Assembly (NCBI GenBank): GCA_016794825.1
Contig: JAEUJH010000300.1
Coordinates: 4,095-68,094, forward strand
Length of the DNA stretch: 64,000 nucleotides
Origin: Gemmatimonadota bacterium
Lineage (GTDB): Bacteria; Gemmatimonadota; Gemmatimonadetes; Gemmatimonadales; GWC2-71-9
Direction: 5' to 3'
The position numbers were made by a program, and so were the translations under genes. The notes under the pieces were generated by a model. It worked only from the letters and a program-made list of their open reading frames with translations, made no database searches and was not told the DNA's origin. This document shows positions 34,201-42,636 of this stretch, in pieces (within the stretch, counting starts at the first letter, position 1; each line of letters begins with the position of its first letter).

Positions 34201-36073
34201 GCCGCTAACCGATCCGGAGCGGGGCCGACTGACCAGCGGCGAGGCACCGACTCCCGTCGATCACGACCGAACCGACCGACTCGTCGACCTGCTCGCCCGG
34301 CAGGCGGACGCGACACCCGACGCCATTGCCGTCGTGCATCGCGAGGCGCAGGTCACCTACCGGGAGCTCCACGCCCGGGCCAACCGGCTCGCTCGAGAAC
34401 TGCAGCGAATGGGCGTCGGCCCCGACCGCCTGGTCGGCGTATGCCTCGAGCGGTCGGTCGACATGGTGGTGGCGGTGCTGGCGGTCCTGAAGGCGGGGGG
34501 CGCCTACGTACCGCTCGACCCGTCGTTCCCGGCCGACCGGCTCCGTTTCATGGCCAGCGACGCCAAACTGATCGCCCTGATCACCACCGACCCGTTGCGG
34601 CACCTCGTCGGTGCGTTGGAGGGCGCGGTTCTCTGCCTCGACCGCGACGCGTCGCGGCTCGCGGAGCTCGATACCACGCCGCCGCCGAGCCAGGCGACGG
34701 CCGGTTCGCTGGCGTACGTGATCTATACGTCGGGCTCGACCGGTCGACCCAAGGGCGTCGCGATCGAACATCGATCGGTCGTCAACTTCCTCCGTGCCAT
34801 GATCCGCGAACCCGGCCTTCGCGACACCGACCGACTGCTCTCGGTGACGACACTGTCGTTCGACATCGCCGGCCTCGAACTGTACCTCCCGCTCGTCACC
34901 GGCGCCCGGGTCGTCCTCGCCGACCGAGCCGTCGCCACCGACCCGTCTCAGCTGCTCGAACTGCTGGAATCCTCCGGGGCGACCGTGATGCAGGCGACGC
35001 CAGCCACCTGGCGGTTGCTGATCGAGGGAGGGTGGCAGGGCACCGCCGGTCTGACGGTGCTCTGCGGCGGCGAGTCCCTTCCCCGCGAGCTGGCCGAGCA
35101 ACTGCTCACCCGGGCGGCGGCGGTGTGGAACATGTACGGACCCACGGAGACGACGATCTGGTCGATGATGCACCGGGTCACCAGTGGCCAGGGCGCGGTG
35201 CCGATCGGCCGGCCGATCGCCAATACCACGGCGTATCTGCTCGACCGCAACCAACAGCCCGTGCCGCCGCTGGTCCCCGGCGAACTGTTCCTCGGCGGCG
35301 AAGGCCTCGCTCGCGGCTATCTCGATCGGCCTGGACTCACAGCCGAGCGGTTCGTGGCCGACCCGTTCGGGGCGGCTGGTCAGCGGCTCTACCGTACCGG
35401 TGACCTGGTGCGGCTTCGCAGCGATGGAACCTACGAGTGGCTCGGCCGCGGCGACGGTCAGACCAAGATCCGAGGGTTTCGGGTCGAGCTCGGCGAGATC
35501 GAGACGGCGCTGGCCGAACTGCCCGGCATCCGGGTGGCGGCGGTGACCGTGCACGAGCCCCGGCCGGGCGATCAGCGACTGGCCGCCTTCCTGGTACCCA
35601 ATCGAGGCGCCCAGCCGAGCGCCCCTGACCTCGCGACCGCGCTGCGGCGCCGACTCCCGGAGTACATGGTGCCGTCCTCATTCACCCTGGTCGAAGCCCT
35701 GCCCCTCACGCCAAACGGCAAGATCGATCGGCGCGCCCTGCCGACGCCGGCCGGGCTCGACGGAGCCCCCGAAGGGGCGACCTGGTTACCACCCGGAACG
35801 GCGACCGAACGGATGATCGCGTCGGTCTGGTCCGACGTGCTGGGCACGGCTCGAATCGGCCTCCACGACAACTTCTTCGACCGAGGTGGCCATTCGCTCC
35901 TGGTCGTTCGGGTTCACGCCCGCCTCGAGAAAATGCTCCCGCACGCTCCCTCTCTGGTCGAGTTGTTCCAGTACCCGACCATCGCCAGCCTCGCCGACCG
36001 AATCGATCGAGGCGGTACCGACGGCACCCTGGCGGACGCGACGGCCCGCGCCCAACGGCAGCGCGACGCATGA
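31217..36073 (+). CDS. NRPS: C - internal TubC-type docking-like domain - C - A(Gly-like) - PCP
   Basis: ATG 31217 overlaps the upstream TGA (ATGA). C1 has LSFAQERLWF and HHIAVDG (31748-31768). C2 has MSVPQRRLWF and HHIISDG (33272-33292). A domain YTSGSTGRPKG, NMYGPTE, YRTGDLVRL, NGKID, with hand code DILQLGMIWK (Gly code DILQLGLIWK). PCP motif FFDRGGHSLL (Ser at 35894-35896). Confidence 0.95.
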   Translation: MTDSTRRPTDPAAAARDRLELARRLALQKKRAAEGSIVPRGGSGDAPLSFAQERLWFVHQLDPTSPAYNVAALIPISDEHDAGAVEGAIQRLTVRHPALRTVFPAVDGVPVQRVLPAVAVPFETHDFLELDLDDRVAALDRIYKDLSNRPFDLESGPIIRAALIAVERTYQYLALVIHHIAVDGWSIHILTRDLAALLASPGQEPSAGSNRPPIDYVDYAVWQRNRFARGDFEEAVEYWDRTLAGATALRLATDRLRPAQPSAHGARESVVVPTAIASGLAATARNERATPFMVGLAAFNLMLARWTGQRDIVVGIPVANRDRPELTDVVGFFVNMIVARTDLTGAATGREVLQRTQATARQALAHQEMPFEKVVARLRGDRDPIRNPLFQVTFATEVAHQALTQPRLDTAAQSVADVTVRFDLEVSLGIRGDLVEAAINYRTELFDQATIRRLLEAFVAAMGDLAADLDRPLPVNAPPESSMSTADFLRHLRGLDVKLGLENDRLKVNAPPGVLTDARKAELSRRKDEVMALMRAAATTRHQPLTPISRSGALPMSVPQRRLWFLDRLAPGSATYTIAGARRFPVDIDVDAFSRAIDEIVRRHESLRTIFPASDGDPRVVITPPAGPVLQQVDLRAVPEAERAAVAAKLAADVARLPFDLARGPLFRAALIRLGPADFVFAFAMHHIISDGWSMVLLGRELGVLYSAFAAGQPSPLPELTIQYVDYAQWQTEHLAGAEISTQERYWLEQLGGRLPVLQLPSDRPRPPIQSFRGARLRTELPADLIDALKEIGRAEGASLYMMLLAAFYTLLHRYTGDEDLIVGSPVANRSRVDIEPLIGFFVNTLVLRVQAEPTLTFRQLLGRVRQTLLKAQANQDVPFDRLVEVLKPARDTGHSPLFQVVFNSPSAPVETSGGGDLDFELGTARYDLTVEFQEERATSADEGTAAWRSAGLRMFWEFASDLFDPDTIRRMQGHYHQLLRDIAGNPDAPIATARPLTDPERGRLTSGEAPTPVDHDRTDRLVDLLARQADATPDAIAVVHREAQVTYRELHARANRLARELQRMGVGPDRLVGVCLERSVDMVVAVLAVLKAGGAYVPLDPSFPADRLRFMASDAKLIALITTDPLRHLVGALEGAVLCLDRDASRLAELDTTPPPSQATAGSLAYVIYTSGSTGRPKGVAIEHRSVVNFLRAMIREPGLRDTDRLLSVTTLSFDIAGLELYLPLVTGARVVLADRAVATDPSQLLELLESSGATVMQATPATWRLLIEGGWQGTAGLTVLCGGESLPRELAEQLLTRAAAVWNMYGPTETTIWSMMHRVTSGQGAVPIGRPIANTTAYLLDRNQQPVPPLVPGELFLGGEGLARGYLDRPGLTAERFVADPFGAAGQRLYRTGDLVRLRSDGTYEWLGRGDGQTKIRGFRVELGEIETALAELPGIRVAAVTVHEPRPGDQRLAAFLVPNRGAQPSAPDLATALRRRLPEYMVPSSFTLVEALPLTPNGKIDRRALPTPAGLDGAPEGATWLPPGTATERMIASVWSDVLGTARIGLHDNFFDRGGHSLLVVRVHARLEKMLPHAPSLVELFQYPTIASLADRIDRGGTDGTLADATARAQRQRDA
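31355..32662 (+). other. Condensation domain C1 (intact HHxxxDG), not followed by an A or PCP domain
   Basis: A full-length C domain of about 435 aa ending ...DLAADLDRPLPVNAPPESS, immediately before the internal docking-like segment. Confidence 0.85.
32663..32818 (+). other. Internal TubC-type docking-like segment beginning with an in-frame ATG
   Basis: MSTADFLRHLRGLDVKLGLENDRLKVNAPPGVLTDARKAELSRRKDEVMALM aligns position by position with the N-terminal docking domain at 23250-23408. It starts at codon 483 (ATG 32663-32665). Confidence 0.75.
32876..34200 (+). other. Condensation domain C2 (intact HHxxxDG), the one paired with the Gly-like A-PCP
   Basis: LPMSVPQRRLWFLDRL ... MHHIISDGWS ... 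ends before the A domain (LLARQADATPDAIAV). Confidence 0.85.
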
Positions 36074-39000
36074 CCAAACACCGCCACGCGGTTGCGATCG
36101 TCGGGATGGCGGGCCGGTTCCCCGGTGCGCCGAACCTGGAGGCCTTCTGGCGCCAACTCCGGGACGGGATCGAGTCGTTCGAGACGTTCTCGGACGACGA
36201 CCTCCGAGCCGCCGGCGTTCCGCCGGCCGTGGCCGCCCAGTCGCACTACGTCCGACGGGGCACCGTCCTCGAGGACGCCGACCGGTTCGACGCTGGGTTC
36301 TTCGGGCTCTCACCCCGGGAGGCGGAAACCATCGATCCACAGCACCGCCTCTTCCTTGAATGCGCCTGGGAGGCCATCGAGGATGCCGGCTATCCGCCCC
36401 TGCACGTGCCCGGCAGCGTCGGGGTCTTCGCCGGGTGCAGCATGAACACGTACCTGCCGAGCGTGCTGGCTCGAAACCCCGAGGCCATGGCAGCCGCCGG
36501 CGGGTACCAGCTGATGCTCGGCAACGACAAGGATTTCCTCACCACCAGGGTGTCGTACAAGCTGAATCTTCGAGGACCGAGTGTCGCCATCCAGACGGCG
36601 TGCTCGACCTCCCTGGTGGCGGTCCAGGCGGCGTACCAGAGCTTGATCAAACAGCAATGTGACGTGGCTCTCGCCGGTGGGGCCTCCGTCACCTTCCCTC
36701 AGCGAGCCGGGTACCTCTATCAGGAAGGCATGATCTTTTCCCCGGACGGTCACTGCCGGCCGTTCGACGCCAACGGGAAGGGCATTCGATCGGGAGCGGG
36801 CGTCGGGATCGTGATGCTGAAGCGGCTCGAGGACGCGCTGGCCGATGGCGACCCGATCCGGGCGGTGATTCGAGGGGCGGCCATCAACAACGACGGATCC
36901 AACAAGGTCGGCTACACGGCGCCGAGCGTGGAGGGACAGGCGGACGTCATCGCCACGGCCCAGGCGCTCGCCCAGGTCGATCCGGCCACGATCGGCTACG
37001 TCGAGGCCCACGGCACCGGGACCCCGCTGGGCGACCCCATCGAAGTCGCCGCACTGACTCGCGCGTTCCGGGCCCGAACGGACCGCCGGGGGTACTGCGC
37101 GCTCGGCTCGCTGAAGAGCAATCTCGGCCACCTCGACGCCGCCGCCGGGGTGGCCGGCCTGATCAAGACCGTCCTGAGCCTCGAGCACCAGGCACTGCCG
37201 CCGAGTCTCAACTTCGTCACACCGAACCCGGCCATCGATTTCGACGACAGCCCGTTCTACGTCAATACCGCGCTCACGCCCTGGCCGGCGGGCGCCGAAC
37301 CGCGCCGCGCCGGGGTGAGTTCGTTCGGCATCGGCGGCACCAACGCCCACGTCGTCCTCGAGGAAGCCCCGGTCCGCCCCTCGACCGACCCGGCCGACGG
37401 CCCGCACCTGCTGGTGCTCTCGGCCCGGAGCCGCCCCGCGCTCGAGACCGCAACCGCCGCGCTGGCCGACCACCTGGCGGCTCGCCCCGATCTCGATCTC
37501 GCCGACGTGGCCTACACCCTCCAGCTCGGGCGAGAGCCGTTTCCGCATCGCCGTGTCATCGTGGCGGCCAGCGTGAGCGAGGCCCTGCAGGCCATCGCGT
37601 CCCGCGACCCGGAGCGGGTCGTGGGTGGCGAAGCCGGCGCCCGCCGGCCGGTGGTGTTCATGTTCAGCGGCCAGGGCAGCCAGCATCGCGACATGGCGCG
37701 GGGGCTCTATCAACGGGAGGCGGCGTTCCGCCGAGCTTTCGATGCCTGCGCCGATCGATTCGTGCCCCACCTGGGCCTCGACCTTCGCGATGCCGTGTTT
37801 CCGGACCCGGCCCACGCCCAAGGCCCCACCGCCGACCTCGACCAGACCAGCCTGACCCAGCCGGCGCTCTTCGCGGTCGAGTACGCGCTGGCCTCGATGT
37901 GGATGGCCCGGGGCGTCGAACCCGAGGCGATGATCGGACACAGTATCGGTGAGTACGCGGCGGCCTGCCTGGCCGGGGTCTTCACCCTCGACGAGGCCAC
38001 CCGATTGGTCGCGCTCCGGGGCCGCCTGATGCAGTCGATGCCGCCCGGCGCGATGCTCTCGGTGTTCCTGCCCGAAGAGGAGGTCCGGCCTCTCCTGGAG
38101 TCGGCCGTGACGGTGGCGGCGGTCAACGCGCCGGGAATGAGCACCGTGGCCGGTCCGGCCGATGCGATCGGCCGACTCGCGGCTACCCTGACCGCGCGCG
38201 GCGTGGAACATCGGGCCCTGCAGACGTCGCACGCGTTCCATTCGGCGATGATGGACCCGATCCTCGCACCCTTCGAGGCCGCGGTTCGCGAATGCACCCT
38301 GGCGGCCCCCGCCCGCCCGTTCATCTCGAACCTGACCGGCACCTGGATCACCGCGGAAGAGGCAACCGATCCGCGGTACTGGGTCAAGCACCTTCGGCAA
38401 CCCGTCCTGTTCGGTCCGGGTTTGAACACGCTGGCCGCCAATCCGGAGCGGATCTACCTCGAAGTCGGCCCTGGAACCGTCCTGGGCACCTTCGCCCGGC
38501 AGACGGTGGGCCGGGCGGGGCGGCCTGCCGTCGTCATCGCGTCGTTACCGCACCCGAAGCACGCGGCCGCGGCCGATCGTCACGCGCTCACGGCTCTTGC
38601 TCGGCTTTGGATCGCGGGAGCGTCGGTCGATTGGCACCAGGTGCATGGGAGCGCCCGTCGCGGCCGGGTCCGGCTGCCCACCTATCCGTTCGAGCGGCAA
38701 CGATACTGGGTGGACCCGGCAGGCTCGTCCGTCGCCGGCGCGCCCTCGGCCCTCGACAAGCGGCCCGACGTGGACGACTGGTTCGCGGCGCCGACGTGGA
38801 CCCGTTCAGCCGCGGTCGACGGTGCGGCCCCCGAACCAGCCGTCGGCCCGTGGCTCCTCTTCGTCGACGATACCGGGATCGGCGCGGCCATGGCCGCCAG
38901 TCTGGTCCGCCACGACCGATTCGTCACCCGGGTCGAGGTCGGCGCCGACTATCAAGAAGTCGGGCCGGATCACTTCCGGATCGATCCCGGCAATCCGGAT

Positions 39001-40692
39001 CACTACCACCGCCTGCTGACCACCCTCGAGAGCAGCGAACGGTCTCCCACGCGGATCGTCCACTTGTGGACGGTCGGAGCACCGTCGGTCGGCGACGACC
39101 GCCTCGCCGCGGCGGATCGAGCCAGGACCCGGGGGCTCCACAGTCTCCTGTTCCTCGCGCAGGCCACCGGCAACCATCCGAGTCAGCGGACCACCTCGTG
39201 GATCGTCGTCTCGAGCGGCGTCCACGCGGTCGTCGACCCGGCGGAGGCCACCGACCCCGAGAAGGCGATCCTGACGGGGATCTGCCAGGTGATTCCGCTC
39301 GAGTACCAGGGCGTGGCCTGCCGAGTCGTCGACCTCGAACTGCCCGTCGAACCAGCGGGCGTCGCGGCGGCCGCCGAACGACTGGTACGCGAAGCGACCG
39401 TGGACCGCAGCGCCAGCACCATCGCGTATCGCGCTGGCCGCCGCTGGGAGCTGACCTACGAGGCCGTGACACTCCGCCGGCGGCCACCCGCGGCGCTCGC
39501 CCGCCGGGAAGGGGGCGTCTACCTGATCACCGGCGGGACGGGAGGATTGGGCCTGGTGTTCGCCGCCAGCCTGGCCTCCGCCGGAGGAACCCTGGTGCTG
39601 ACGTCGCGATCCGGACTGCCCGATCGAAAGGACTGGGACCGCCTGACCGCGGCCGACCCAACGGGGCGGCAGGCGGTCACGTTGGCCGCGATCCGGGAGC
39701 TCGAGAAGAAGGGGACGACGGTCGAAGTCGTAGCCACCGACGCCGGCAACCCCGACGCGGTGCGAGCCCTGGTGACCGAGTTGCGAAGGCGTCTCGGCGT
39801 CATCCATGGCGTGATCCACGCGGCGGGGGTTCCCGGTGGCGGCATGCTCCAGCTCCGGACCCGGGCGCAGATCGACGAGGTCCTGGCCCCGAAGGTCACG
39901 GGAACCCTGGCCCTGCACGAGGCGCTCCAAGGGAATCCGCTCGACTTCTTCGTCCTCTGCTCCTCCATCAACGCGATCCTGACGGGCCCTGGCGGCGCGG
40001 ATTACTGCGCCGCGAACGCGTTCCTCGATGCCTACGCCCACCACCGGCACGGCCGCGGCGACCGCTCGGTGGTGTCCATCAACTGGGATACCTGGCGCGA
40101 CGTGGGAATGGCCGTCAACGCGATCGTCCCCGCCGACCGCGAAGCGGCCAAGGCGGCGAGCCTGGCCACCGGTATCCTGGCCGAAGAGGGAGTTGCCGCG
40201 CTGGGCCGCATCGTCGGCGCCGAACTCCCCCAAGTGGTGGTGTCGACCCGCGATCTCCAGTTGCTCCGCTACCTCGATACACTCGGTCGAATCGCGAGGG
40301 GCGCGACCACTGGGGGCCAGGGCCCCTCCGGCTCGCTCCCGAGCTCAGCGACCTCGCGGCACCAGCGTCCCGACCTTGGGACCGAGTTCGTCCAGCCGGC
40401 CAGCGATGACGAACGCCGAGTGGCGTCGATCTGGGAGGAGTTGCTGGGCATCGATGGCGTCGGCGTCAACGACAACTTCTTCGAGCTCGGGGGCCATTCC
40501 CTGCTGGCGACTCAGGTCCTGGTGCGGATCCGAGATGCCTTCGGGGTGACCATTCCGCTCGAGGCCGTGTTCGACGCGCCGACCGTCGGACAACTGGCCG
40601 ACCGGATCGGCACGCTGCGATGGATTGTGGAATCGAGCCAACCTTCGACCCGCGAGGAGCCGGACGGCCACCGTGAGGAGTTCGAGATTTAG
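36070..40692 (+). CDS. Type I PKS module: KS - AT(malonyl-type) - KR - ACP with C-terminal docking peptide, no TE
   Basis: ATG 36070 overlaps the upstream TGA (ATGA). KS motifs [19 protein letters not shown] (Cys at 36601-36603), [10 protein letters not shown] and NLGHLD. AT motifs FSGQGSQ, GHSIGE (Ser at 37942-37944) and HAFHS. KR motifs [19 protein letters not shown] and [10 protein letters not shown] motif [10 protein letters not shown] (Ser at 40498-40500). The protein ends ...[25 protein letters not shown]. Confidence 0.95.
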   Translation: MTKHRHAVAIVGMAGRFPGAPNLEAFWRQLRDGIESFETFSDDDLRAAGVPPAVAAQSHYVRRGTVLEDADRFDAGFFGLSPREAETIDPQHRLFLECAWEAIEDAGYPPLHVPGSVGVFAGCSMNTYLPSVLARNPEAMAAAGGYQLMLGNDKDFLTTRVSYKLNLRGPSVAIQTACSTSLVAVQAAYQSLIKQQCDVALAGGASVTFPQRAGYLYQEGMIFSPDGHCRPFDANGKGIRSGAGVGIVMLKRLEDALADGDPIRAVIRGAAINNDGSNKVGYTAPSVEGQADVIATAQALAQVDPATIGYVEAHGTGTPLGDPIEVAALTRAFRARTDRRGYCALGSLKSNLGHLDAAAGVAGLIKTVLSLEHQALPPSLNFVTPNPAIDFDDSPFYVNTALTPWPAGAEPRRAGVSSFGIGGTNAHVVLEEAPVRPSTDPADGPHLLVLSARSRPALETATAALADHLAARPDLDLADVAYTLQLGREPFPHRRVIVAASVSEALQAIASRDPERVVGGEAGARRPVVFMFSGQGSQHRDMARGLYQREAAFRRAFDACADRFVPHLGLDLRDAVFPDPAHAQGPTADLDQTSLTQPALFAVEYALASMWMARGVEPEAMIGHSIGEYAAACLAGVFTLDEATRLVALRGRLMQSMPPGAMLSVFLPEEEVRPLLESAVTVAAVNAPGMSTVAGPADAIGRLAATLTARGVEHRALQTSHAFHSAMMDPILAPFEAAVRECTLAAPARPFISNLTGTWITAEEATDPRYWVKHLRQPVLFGPGLNTLAANPERIYLEVGPGTVLGTFARQTVGRAGRPAVVIASLPHPKHAAAADRHALTALARLWIAGASVDWHQVHGSARRGRVRLPTYPFERQRYWVDPAGSSVAGAPSALDKRPDVDDWFAAPTWTRSAAVDGAAPEPAVGPWLLFVDDTGIGAAMAASLVRHDRFVTRVEVGADYQEVGPDHFRIDPGNPDHYHRLLTTLESSERSPTRIVHLWTVGAPSVGDDRLAAADRARTRGLHSLLFLAQATGNHPSQRTTSWIVVSSGVHAVVDPAEATDPEKAILTGICQVIPLEYQGVACRVVDLELPVEPAGVAAAAERLVREATVDRSASTIAYRAGRRWELTYEAVTLRRRPPAALARREGGVYLITGGTGGLGLVFAASLASAGGTLVLTSRSGLPDRKDWDRLTAADPTGRQAVTLAAIRELEKKGTTVEVVATDAGNPDAVRALVTELRRRLGVIHGVIHAAGVPGGGMLQLRTRAQIDEVLAPKVTGTLALHEALQGNPLDFFVLCSSINAILTGPGGADYCAANAFLDAYAHHRHGRGDRSVVSINWDTWRDVGMAVNAIVPADREAAKAASLATGILAEEGVAALGRIVGAELPQVVVSTRDLQLLRYLDTLGRIARGATTGGQGPSGSLPSSATSRHQRPDLGTEFVQPASDDERRVASIWEELLGIDGVGVNDNFFELGGHSLLATQVLVRIRDAFGVTIPLEAVFDAPTVGQLADRIGTLRWIVESSQPSTREEPDGHREEFEI

Positions 40693-40698
40693 CTCCGC

Positions 40699-41868
40699 TC
40701 AGCGCACTGCGGGCAGCACGTAGTTGCGCATCAGCTGGAACGGAAGAAGCTGCTGGGCGGCTGGCTGGTTACCGGTGAACACCACCACCAGGTCGAGCGA
40801 CGGAACCACGAACACGTACTGGCCCCCGATTCCCTGGGCGCTGTAGCCCGAGATCGTCCGGCCGTTCACCGTCCAGCTGTCGATCCACCACTGGTATCCG
40901 TACCCGGCGGCCCCGGGGGCCTGGGCCCTGGTCGACTGCGCCACCCAGGCCGAATCGATCACGCGCCGCCCTTGCCAGGACCCGAACCGAGCATAGAGGA
41001 CCCCGAACTTCATCATGTCGCGAGGCCTGAGGAACAGGCCGCCCCCGGCATGGGTCACTCCGTTGGGATATCGATACCAGAAGTACTGGGTGATGCCGAG
41101 GGGCTGGAACACCCGGGTCGCCGCATACCCGTCGAGCGATTGGTTGACCCGCCGCTTCACCAACTCGCCGAGGAGGTGCGTCAACCCGCTGTTGTAGACG
41201 AAGCGAACCCCGGGATTGGCCGCCTTGGGTCGGGTCACCAGGTAAGTCAGGGGGTCTGGACTGGCGTCCATCTTCCGGTGGTCGTTCGCCGGATCGGTGT
41301 AGTCCGTGCTCGATTCGTCCCAGGCCAGGCCCGCCGACATCGTCAGGAGATGTCGAAACGTCAACGTCGACAGATCCGTCGCCGTCTGGGACGCGTAGTC
41401 CGGGATCGTCGGCGCGATCCGGGTGTCGAGCGTCGGAATCGCCCCGCTCGCCAGGGCGATGCCCACCGCCGCCGAGGTGACGGACTTCGAGACGGAGTAG
41501 AGTTCGTGAAGTGAATCGGCGGTATAGGTGCGGAACTGGCCGTCGAATCGGGCAGTTCCCGCGAAGTACTCCTCCAGGACCAGATCGCCCAGCCGGTAGA
41601 TCAGAATGGCGTGGATGTTTGGAGTTGCCCCGCTCAGGACGGATCGAATCAGCGACGACGTCCTGGCCGTGTCGAGGCCGCGGGCCGCCGCGAACGCTCC
41701 ACCCAGGCCATCACCGCGATCGACCGGGGCCCGATACGCCCACGGGGCTGGTGGTGGCGGGGGCGGGGGCGGGGGCGGCGCGGGCGGACCGGGGGGAGGC
41801 GGGGGGCCCGGGCCCTCCACCTGCCCGCAGGCAACCAGCGCCAGTACCAACAGGAGTCGCCGCATCAT
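40699..41868 (-). CDS. Beta-lactamase-fold serine hydrolase (class C / S12 peptidase family) lipoprotein with polyproline tether
   Basis: Start moved to ATG 41868 (MMRRLLLVLALVACGQ, signal peptide with lipobox LVAC; GGAGGA immediately upstream). The ORF-track N-terminus up to 42423 overlaps the PPTase gene in another frame. SxxK motif SVSK in LHELYSVSKSVTS. A stretch of about 25 residues, GPGPPPPPGPPAPPPPPPPPPPAP, follows the lipobox. Confidence 0.85.
   Translation of the reverse strand: MMRRLLLVLALVACGQVEGPGPPPPPGPPAPPPPPPPPPPAPWAYRAPVDRGDGLGGAFAAARGLDTARTSSLIRSVLSGATPNIHAILIYRLGDLVLEEYFAGTARFDGQFRTYTADSLHELYSVSKSVTSAAVGIALASGAIPTLDTRIAPTIPDYASQTATDLSTLTFRHLLTMSAGLAWDESSTDYTDPANDHRKMDASPDPLTYLVTRPKAANPGVRFVYNSGLTHLLGELVKRRVNQSLDGYAATRVFQPLGITQYFWYRYPNGVTHAGGGLFLRPRDMMKFGVLYARFGSWQGRRVIDSAWVAQSTRAQAPGAAGYGYQWWIDSWTVNGRTISGYSAQGIGGQYVFVVPSLDLVVVFTGNQPAAQQLLPFQLMRNYVLPAVR
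41741..41815 (-). repeat. Polyproline-coding G/C microrepeat (GGGCGG/CCGCCC units)
   Basis: The plus strand reads ...ggtggtggcgggggcgggggcgggggcggcgcgggcggaccggggggaggcggggggcccgggcc..., with three tandem GGGCGG hexamers flanked by degenerate copies. It encodes the Pro run of the lipoprotein. Confidence 0.7.
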
Positions 41869-41903
41869 CCTCCAAACATAGCGCCCGGCGGCCCCCGGAC
41901 CCG

Positions 41904-42620
41904 TTAACCGAAGGACGCGAGCAGCGTCTCCAGCCCGATCAGGCGGGGGGCGACCGCGGCACTCCCCGGCGGCCCCCGGTGGGCGACGGCCCCGACATGA
42001 CCCGGCGGCGGATCCACGAACGCCACCCCCCAGTCGGCCGGGCGCGCAATCGCGGCCGGCATCTCGACGATGGCTGGCGGCGTCGTCTCGCTGAAAGCCA
42101 CCGAGATGGTTGCCGGCTCGCACTGGAGGCCGAGGCCGAGCCCTTTGAGCAACGCCTCCTTGAGGACCCACGTCTGGAAGAACCGGCGCCGGGCCGCGTC
42201 GCCGGGCGCCGGCCAGGCAGCTCGCTCGGACGGCGACAGGACCCGCTCGAACAACGAGGCGACGTCGAGCCGCGGATCGACCGCCTCGACGTCGATGCCG
42301 ACCGGCACCGCGGCCACCGCGCACGCCACCAGGCCCTTGGTGTGCGAGAGACTCACCTGGGGCGTCGGCGTCACCGGTCCGATAACGACCAGCGCGCCGG
42401 CGGCGGTTCGCTCCACCTCCCACTGGGCTACGGGCACGGAGGGATGTCGGAAGGTCAAGGCAAGCCGAAGGAGGCCGTGGGCGGCCGCGTACAGAACCCG
42501 ATCGGGCTCGAACGCGAATCGCTCCAGACGCGCTTGCTCCCAGTCCGCCAGGCCCGGACGGACCCGCTCTACCAGGTCGGGTACCGAACCGGGGACCGGG
42601 AGGAGCCAGGCCTCGATCAC
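41904..42620 (-). CDS. 4'-phosphopantetheinyl transferase, Sfp type
   Basis: GTG start. PPTase motifs VSLSHTKG, VGIDVE and FFQTWVLKEALLKGLGLG (W/F..KEA..K). Confidence 0.85.
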   Translation of the reverse strand: MIEAWLLPVPGSVPDLVERVRPGLADWEQARLERFAFEPDRVLYAAAHGLLRLALTFRHPSVPVAQWEVERTAAGALVVIGPVTPTPQVSLSHTKGLVACAVAAVPVGIDVEAVDPRLDVASLFERVLSPSERAAWPAPGDAARRRFFQTWVLKEALLKGLGLGLQCEPATISVAFSETTPPAIVEMPAAIARPADWGVAFVDPPPGHVGAVAHRGPPGSAAVAPRLIGLETLLASFG

Positions 42621-42636
42621 GGGCGAAACGACCGGC

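Noticed and set aside
41869-42423. 574-aa version of the beta-lactamase-fold ORF extending over the PPTase gene
   Set aside because: The upstream 185 residues are Arg/Gly-rich and overlap the well-supported PPTase CDS in another frame. A signal peptide with lipobox and an SD occur at the internal ATG 41868.
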